Source: Eledone cirrhosa
Lineage: Eukaryota
DNA: 64,000 bases
Reading direction: 5' to 3'
Assembly: GCA_964016885.1 (NCBI GenBank)
Contig: OZ024743.1
Location: forward strand, 188,108,001-188,172,000
This document shows positions 55,901 through 64,000 of the stretch, in pieces. The position numbers were made by a program, and so were the translations under genes. The number at the start of each line of letters is the position of its first letter. The stretch's first letter is position 1. The notes under the pieces were generated by a model, which did not search any database, had not been told where the DNA came from, and worked only from the letters and a program-made list of their open reading frames with translations.

Positions 55901-56614
55901 TATCAGTTGTCCCCATTTATTTGAAATAGTTATAATCTATATCAAAGTAAAATAAGTATAAATGCACTTAATTCTCTCACAAATCTCCATGCTCCATACA
56001 GCCAACACCATGTTCTGATTTTAAAATTAAGGCAGATGAGATATATATCTTTCTTTGAAATATATCATCATCATCATCATCATTTTTATGTTTGCTTTCC
56101 TTGCTGGCATGGGTTGGAGAGAGCTTGTTCAGAGGCTAGTCCAGTAAGGTGACAATATCATGCTCATGCATTCCATATTTGGTAATGGTTTCTAAGGCTG
56201 AATGAATCACTTTACATGGTGTAATTGGGTGTTATTTTTGTTTTTGTTTTTGTGGCACCAACACTATCACTTTACAGAGTAGACTGAGTTTGGTTTATCA
56301 TAGCACCAGAACTACCTCTTTACAGGAAGTACTGAGTGTGTTTTATCATAGTGCCAGCACTTCAGAAGTTGTCACATGTTTGACCAAACTGAAGAGTCTT
56401 CTCAAATTCTATATCATTTCTGTTCAATTACCAGACACTGTAGCTCCTCGTCTTTCACCACATTTACTTTATGTGTCACAGTGCTTGTATTGGTGGGCAA
56501 GTCTTTTGGAATATGGTATATCACTGGTTAACTGCAGGTAACTATCCATGTAAATTAATACTTTTATAAAGATGAATCAATATTGGGAAGTAATAATTTC
56601 TGTTTCCTGTTATA

Positions 56615-57518
56615 TCTATATATATATATATATAAAACTGAGGATGTCTGTCTGTGTGCGAGTTTGAATCCCTAAAACTCGAGAAGCACCAAACCGACTG
56701 TTTTCAAACTTTACTCATGTAATACTTATGTTTCAGGGAGTGTTCTGAGCAAAAGAAATTTCAAATTTTCAATGCCCTAGGGACCACATTAGGCGATTTA
56801 GCGATCTCTCTCTATAATTCTTAGTCTTTCTCTTTTTAGATAGATACATACATATAACGTCGCGCCCTTATAATATCTGTCTGCATTATCTCACCTCCCT
56901 GAGGATGTCTGTGTGTGTGTGTGTGTCTGTGAGTTTGAATCCCTAAAACTCGAGAAGTACCCAGCTAACTTTTTTCAAACTTTACATGTGTATTACAGGG
57001 AGTGTTATGCACATAAAAAATTCAAATTTTTGATCCCTTAGGGCCCACATTAGGTGAAAAATTGCGTTTTTTCAGCTTTTTAAGGATTTTTTGAGGCGTT
57101 ACGTCAGACCGATTTCCTTGAAATTGTACCTATGTATTAGTCAGTCTCTTCTTCATACCGTGAGCAAAGAAAATCCAACTTTTTTATGGCCTAGGGCCCG
57201 CATTAGGTGAAAAACTTCATTTTTTCAGCTTTTTAGGGCTTTTTTGAGGCGTTACGTCTAGCCGATCTTCCAGAAATTTAAAGGCATATTATGTGCATTA
57301 AAAAAATTCATTTTCTTGATCCCCTAGGGCCCGCATTAGATGAAAACCTGCATTTTTCCTGCTTCATCAAGGAAAATCTTAAAGATTATCCAGCCATCAG
57401 AGTATTCGGTTTATTTTCTTTACATATTGTCCAGGCATGCAGTTTTTCCACGATTAGGTCTGTTGGCACCTGCGTTCCAAAATACCTTATCCCGTGCAAC
57501 GCCGGGTACCACTGCTAG
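56615..57518 (+). mobile_element. non-autonomous Helitron
   Basis: 5' A|TC.., a subterminal GC hairpin cccgtgcaacgccggg (57491-57506), 3' CTAG|T, no TSD, and internal tandem duplications. Confidence 0.85.
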
Positions 57519-58769
57519 TCAAATATATAAGAGATAAATCGTCTCTTGTGTAGGGCTCTGGTGTATTGTAGCCAAAGTTTCTATCAGAGGAAGTTAATTC
57601 CTTATTGCAAACAAATTAAATGTTACTGCTGCTGTCAAAAATGAATTGTAACAACTTGTGGCATCTATTAAGATATAAGAGGACTGCATTGTTGAATATT
57701 TAAAATTGGGGTTTTTGATGGACACCACAATGAACTAGTGTTGGGATATGAACTGCTACCTTTTTGGCAAATTCTCCAAAATGCACCTCCCCAATTAATG
57801 AGAGGAGTTCGTCTCAGCTTTGCCTGCCCCCAAAATACTTATCAATTTCAGTGTCAGGTACTGCTACTTTCTACAGTGAAGCCTATGATATTGTGATAAT
57901 TACTTGCTGAAATTATCCCTTCGAGAGCTAAAATCTGAGTGTCTTGACCATGCACACTCTGTAGCACCTGTAACAAAATATGAACCACTAACTCTGTTTA
58001 CTACTTTATCTACTGAGCCATCTGTGACTCTTGCATCAGTATAAATTTTACCATATAAAATCGCTGTGATCACAGGATCAGTTTTTATCATCATCAATTA
58101 AAGTTAAGTAGCAAGCTAGGCCTATTCGAAAAAAGAAAATGAATAAAAAAGACTGGCATTACATGGAAAGTTTATCTGCTGAATGAAACTAAAAGATGTT
58201 TTAGGAGGCAATGAATGTTAGATTAGAGAACTAACACAAGAGAGTTCAATGTAGACACATCCATAAAATTTAGTTATTTCCTTCTGCCTACAATAATGTC
58301 CCAAATAACTATTGATATAAGAGGAGAGAGAAAAGGAAATTGAGATGCTTGGATATCACAAGAAACAGAAAAACTTGTGCATCGAAATTATATGTTAAGA
58401 AACTATACATAAATAGGAAAAGCCTGTTATATGACAAAATTGAAGCTGAGGAGTTAGTGATTCAATCATCTCAAAAGAATAAGAAGTGTCAAATAAATTG
58501 CATAGAAATTGTGTAGTAACAATCAATCAGTGAATATTCATTTATCTCATATAAGTGTGATATATAGAGTCAATTGCTTGACTTTTCCCTAACAACATCC
58601 ATTCATCAATAAGTGATTAGTACAATTCATGTCAAGAGAGCCTCTCCAAACTATCCCATGCATGGAAACAAGCAGTAAAGAGAAAACCCAAACACTTAAC
58701 AATGGTACAGCATTGACACATATGAAAATCTGATATTAGCAATAAAAAGAAACACATACTATATAAATC

Positions 58770-59010
58770 ATTGTGTTTATCAATGTTCGTATACAAGAAT
58801 GAGACATGGATTATTCATACAGGAAAACAATCGTCATTAGTAAACACTTCACAAACAATTTCCTTGAGAAGGATATTTAGCATCTATTATACAAATGATG
58901 TTACAAATATTTCTCTATATCTAGTGACACAACATAAATTATCATATCTGTATATGCAAGGTTGGACAGTTAAAGTAGCTTATGCATGTAACCCATGTCT
59001 CATGGAATGA
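58770..59010 (+). pseudogene. ancient RTE-like LINE remnant
   Basis: ETW...LRRIFSIYY.NDVTN..LY resembles the RTE thumb/C-terminal region. Confidence 0.5.
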
Positions 59011-59899
59011 TCTGAACAAATAATAAATTTGCTTAACCTAGCATAAGGGATAAGAAAAAAAAAAGAAAGAGAAGAGTTTAAATAGAACCGATGCAAGTTT
59101 TCTATTGTCAGCTTGTGAGAAAGCCCCAAAGATTAAGTGATCATGGCTAAATGAGGCAAAATCATAGAACTATAACTAACTTTTTGTATTTCCTTTTTCT
59201 TTTGGTCTTTAATGTTTTAAATTGTTTGCTGTAATACATGATCATTATATGTTCTATCTATGAGTTCTGACGTGGTCTTCAATGACCCATCTAACCCATG
59301 CTGGTATAGAATAGATATGTAGAATGATAATGATCACATTACGAAGGCACTTATATATATGAGTGTGTGTGTGTACAGATATATATGTATATGTATGCAT
59401 GTTGTATGTATGTGTTAAAGGATTAAACCTTACAAATCAGGAATGATGGAGCCCCGAAGGCGGACCTGTGTCATGCACACACTGTTTAGGCAGCTCCTGC
59501 TGGCAAACTGGTGCCAAATGTCATGCTCCATATTCCTTTGGATCCCACCAGTAATGCTGGGAGGGGGATCTTGACGATTAGGCAATCCAGGATCTCCATA
59601 CTTTATGCCCAGGCTTGCACTCTGGAAATGCCACTCAAGCCTCGCTCTCATGTGAAGAAACAACATGGAAGCTGGCAGTTTAAAAGTTATAAGTCCCAAC
59701 CCTGATGTATATATGCTTGTATGTATGTATATATGTATGTATAAGTATGTATATATGTATGTATGTATGCATGTATATATGTAAACAGAATTTTGATCAC
59801 CATCTACAACAGTAACATAAAAAAAATTTAATTGTAACAACTTGCATAGAATCACAATACCGGAAATGTAATATCTAGGCTTATGTTGAATTGCCTTTC

Positions 59900-60975
59900 A
59901 TAAAATATATGTTCACTGATTCATCCAGAAACTTAATTTGGTTTAGAGCAGAAAGTGGGACAGTGAATATGATCTTGGCAAGACAGCTGCAGCAAAAATG
60001 ATTAGAACAGCATATACCTTTGTATCAATTTATTATCGACTTGACTAACGCTTTTGATACAGTCAACAGAGAAGCCTTATGGATCATTCTTAGTAAATTA
60101 GGCTGTCCACAGATATTTTTGCAAATCTTCAAACAACTACATAGAAACATGAAGGCCAGGGTTGCATTTAATGGAAAAATCTCAGAACAAATTTCTGTGG
60201 ACTACAGTATAAAGCAAGGGGACATTCCAGCTCCACCAATATTTGAAATATACTTTGCCGTTTTCCTTGCTTATGTATTCAACAACTCCAATTATAGTAT
60301 TAACCTGCATTTCCAAACATCTGGGTAAGAAGATTTAATCATAAATCTGTGACATTCAATTCAAGAACTATTGTATGTTGATGATGAAGATGTTGTTGCA
60401 CACTCAGAATCAGACATGCCATACACGATGAATAAATATTCTGAAACAAGTGCTCTTTTTTGGATCACTGTAATAAGCTTAACTAAGACCATGGTGATGG
60501 ACACTCCTGCATCAAGAGAACCTTATGTTGGGCCAAATATATATGTGAATGGTACTAGTTTGACAATGGTGGATGTTTTTTTATATCTGGGTTGTACTCT
60601 GACAAGGGACCGAAATTTAGGTGCAGGAGTACATCTTCAAATACAGAAGATAAGCATTACATTTGGAAAATTAGTGAAATGGGTGTGGTCAAACAGAGGC
60701 ATAACATTTAGGACAAAAATAACTGTGTATGAGTCATGTGTGCTTATAGCTTCTTTTATTGTATGTGAAACATGGACCACTCATCAGCAACATTTCAAGA
60801 TGTTTGAAAGATTTCACCGAAAGGGACTTCAGCAGGTCCTAGGTATTGAATGAAGAAGCATGACATTTGACACTGAAGTTTTACAAAAAATGGGGTGCTC
60901 TACAATCAGTTCTCTTGTCATTAAGAGTCAGATGTGCTGGGTAGGGCATCTTGATCAAATGAATGACACATTTTG
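59900..60975 (+). pseudogene. decayed RTE (BovB-like) LINE RT
   Basis: IDLTNAFDTVNREALW..L.KLGCP, KQGD..AP, LLYVDD, FLYLG and CETWT. Confidence 0.85.
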
Positions 60976-61211
60976 TGTGCATGATTGATGCATAAGCCTA
61001 AGAAAATGTACAAATATTGTATTAAAGAAAATGTAAAATGTGCATGGGAGGGTGTATTTTTGCTAGAAGGATATTAATGATGTTGACATGGCTATTATCT
61101 GACAAGATGAAGCAATCATTATGTATGTATATATTTATGTACCTATAGCTCTTGGCCGATAAGTCTGGGGTCATCCTGGTCAGTGATCTCACAGGTGTCA
61201 TCATGCACAGA

Positions 61212-61337
<126 letters not shown>

Positions 61338-61433
61338 CATATATATATAAGTTTATCCTGGGTTCAATCAGGAGTAACCACAGTAAGTAAGGTACTCAAT
61401 ACAAAGCAGAGTATAAATATTTAATATAGAAAT

Positions 61434-61484
61434 GGCTTCTACAGGACTAGAACTGTTTCATTCGGGAGAAATCATCAGGAAGCC
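61434..61484 (-). ncRNA. type I hammerhead ribozyme motif
   Basis: ggcttc-CUGAUGA-tttc tccc gaat-GAAA-cag(8 nt)ctg-UA-gaagcc; perfect 6-bp stem I, GUA triplet; ~85 bp from a (TA)n tract. Confidence 0.72.
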
Positions 61485-62160
61485 GAATGTCCAAGTAATA
61501 TGGTGATATTTATATATTTTCTGGTGGTAGGAGAGAGTGGTGATTGGGATAGGTGGAGGTCATTGGTTGATGAGTTTAAAGTAAAGAAATTCTTTAAAAA
61601 CTATAATTAAAGTAACAAAGGCAGAAAGAATTCTATAGACAAGTTCACTCTGGCAGTGCCACTCCTGATTTTTAATGTTGACTTAAGCTAACAATGGCTA
61701 TGGTCAGGTGTCTACAAACATATTCACAGACGCACACATATAAAGCCCTCACTCCCACACAAACACACACTCTTATTCTTTATGTAATATCAGCATCTTT
61801 TTAATGTTATTATTATGTGTGTGTAGGTGTATGTGTGTATGTGTGCGTGTGTATCTGTGGATGTGCAAAAGGAAGAAGGTAAACAGTGCTTGATCTAGTG
61901 TGAGAGCTGATATATTACTTTATTATGTTCATACACAGAATGAGAAAATTCTACCTTAAGTTTCAAGGTCTACATATAGACATCTCATCCCAGTGCCTGA
62001 TGACTAGGTCACAAATTTTATAGCCCACCATGCATTCTGCATCACCTTGCAGAATCTGAAGAAGGATGGTCATAACTGGACTATGAATCCTGAGGTAGTG
62101 CTTTCTTTTTCTTTGTATTGACATAAATAAATTATATGTATATATATAATCTAAATTATA

Positions 62161-63047
62161 TGGTCAGAAATGCGCATGTGCCAAGGATGGTCCATACTGC
62201 ACATGCGCGAATGTTGGTCCATATTGCCCATGCGCGATGGCTGGTCCGTACTGCACATGCGCGAAGTCTGGTCCGAAGAGCGGATGCGCGAAGTCTGGTA
62301 CTAAGTACACATGCACGATGTCTGGTCCGAAGAGCGCATGCGCAAAGTTTCTTCCGAAGTGCGCATGCGCGAAGGCCGGTCCGAAGTACGCACGCGTGAA
62401 GGCTGGTCCGAAATGCGCATATGTGATATCTGGTCGGAAGTGCACATGCTCGAAGGCTGGTCTGGAGTGCACATGCGCGAAGGCTGGTCCGTACTGCACA
62501 TGTGCGAAGGCTTGTCCATACTGTGCATGCCCGAAGGCTGGTCTGTACTGCGCATGCGCGAGGTCTGGTCCTTACTGCGCATGCGTGAAGGTTGGTCTGT
62601 ACTGTGCATGCGCAATGGCTGGTCCGAAATGCGCATGTGCGAAGGCAAGTCCGAAGTGCACATGCGCGATGTCTTGTCGGAAGTGCGCATGCGTGAAGGC
62701 TCGTCTGCAGTGCGCATGTGCGAAGGCTGGTCTGTACTGCACATGCGCGAAGGTTGGTCATGTATTGTGCATGCACGATAGCTGGTCCGTACTGCGCATG
62801 CGCAAAAATCTGGTCCGAAGTGCAGATGCGTGACGGCTGGTCCGAAGTTTGCACGCCTGAAGGTTGTTCCGTACTGCGCATGCGCAAAGGCTGGTTCGTA
62901 CTGTGTATGCACGAGGGCTGGTTCGTGCTGCGCTTGCGCGAAGGCTGGTCCGTACTGCACATGCGTGAAGGTTGGTCTGAAGTGCGCATGTGCGAAGGCT
63001 GCCCCATACTGCGCATGCGCGAAGGCCTGTCCGTACTGCGCATATGC
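62161..63047. repeat. 27-bp GC/CpG-rich minisatellite (~33 units), consensus GGCTGGTCCG(TAC/AAG)TGCGCATGCGCGAA
   Basis: Directly visible periodicity; the unit is 9 codons long, which explains the overlapping repetitive ORFs on both strands. Confidence 0.95.
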
Positions 63048-64000
63048 AAATATATATATATATGTAGACACACATACACACCGCACACAAATTGTCTTCC
63101 GAGGTGAGTGAAGCTCTTATTAATACTCCCCGGATGAAGTAATTTGCAAATTCTTCGTAATTCTTGAAATGCAATTATACATCTAACGTCACACTCTCTA
63201 GAATAGATATATTTGTGCCGTGGTGTGCCATGGTGTGGTGTGCCGTGGTGTGGTGTGGTGTTAGTGGTGTGGTGTGTGTGTCTGTGTGTGTGAAAGAGAT
63301 AGATAGACAGGTAGGTTGACAGGTAGATAGATAGGTCGATAGATCTATACGTAGATATATAGGTAGGTAGATAGAAAGATAGACGATAGTGTGGTTATCT
63401 GTATATGTGGCTGTGTGTATGTATGTGAAGATGTGGAAATAAGGAAAGGATAATTTACTACAGTACTAATGATTCAATCCACAGGTGTATATTCTTTTTA
63501 CCATTGCATAAATACATAGACTCACTCACACATATATATATATATGTAGTATGTTTATGTGTGTATCTGTGTGTGTGTGCATAAGTGTTTATGTGTATAT
63601 ATGTATATGTGTGTGTGTATCTGTTTTTTTATGTGTGTGTGTGCATATGTGTGTTACTGTATCTGTGTATGTGTGCATATGTGTGTGCGTTTATGTCCGT
63701 GTGTGTGTCTCGTGATTGTAATGTTTAGAGTTCGAATCCCATCAGTGTGTTGTGTTCTTGAGCAAGACACTTTATTTCGCCTTTCTTCTCTCCACTGAAG
63801 TAAAAAAAAAGTGTATACTGCCAGTATCAAAGAACCAATGTAGTCCCACCCTGAAACCCTTCGTCATACGTGTCTATGGAATGCTCAGATACTCACACAT
63901 TAATTTCAGGCAGTTCCATTTGCGAAACCTAGTTGGAAGAATCCTCTTCGCAAGCAATAGGGTACCATCATACATATGAACACATAGACACACACACACA

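Noticed and set aside
62161-63047. CRISPR-like array
   Set aside because: Contiguous tandem units without unique spacers, no cas genes, and a eukaryotic context.
62136-63174. Cys-rich repetitive ORFs resembling metallothionein or keratin-associated proteins
   Set aside because: They are open in several frames on both strands because the 27-bp unit mostly lacks stops, and the variation pattern is CpG decay rather than codon-constrained.
63125-63185. CGGATGA..GAAA hammerhead-like motif after the minisatellite
   Set aside because: The core is mutated and there is no convincing stem I.

Overview
AT-rich, microsatellite-dense eukaryotic DNA made almost entirely of repeats. The landscape of (TA)n/(GA)n/(CA)n arrays, tRNA-derived SINEs, RTE LINEs and Penelope-like elements suggests a cephalopod such as Octopus; this is an inference, not a database result. 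I found no confidently identifiable host protein-coding gene, rRNA or CRISPR array, and most ORF-track entries are microsatellite read-throughs. Identifiable content includes at least five Penelope-like element (PLE) remnants (RT and/or C-terminal GIY-YIG) and an RTE LINE family with a PHD-type finger inside its RT, plus many 3'-end fragments of it. There is also a decayed mariner, piggyBac-type MITEs, a complete non-autonomous Helitron, SINEs, and a 27-bp minisatellite carrying NRF1-type motifs. The most striking feature is a set of type I hammerhead-ribozyme motifs from at least six unrelated sequence families. They sit in short, often palindromic PLE-terminus elements inserted in (TA)n tracts, and three families each use two fixed alternative ends. 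One palindrome has nine perfect 11-nt reiterations of the predicted self-cleavage site at its centre.
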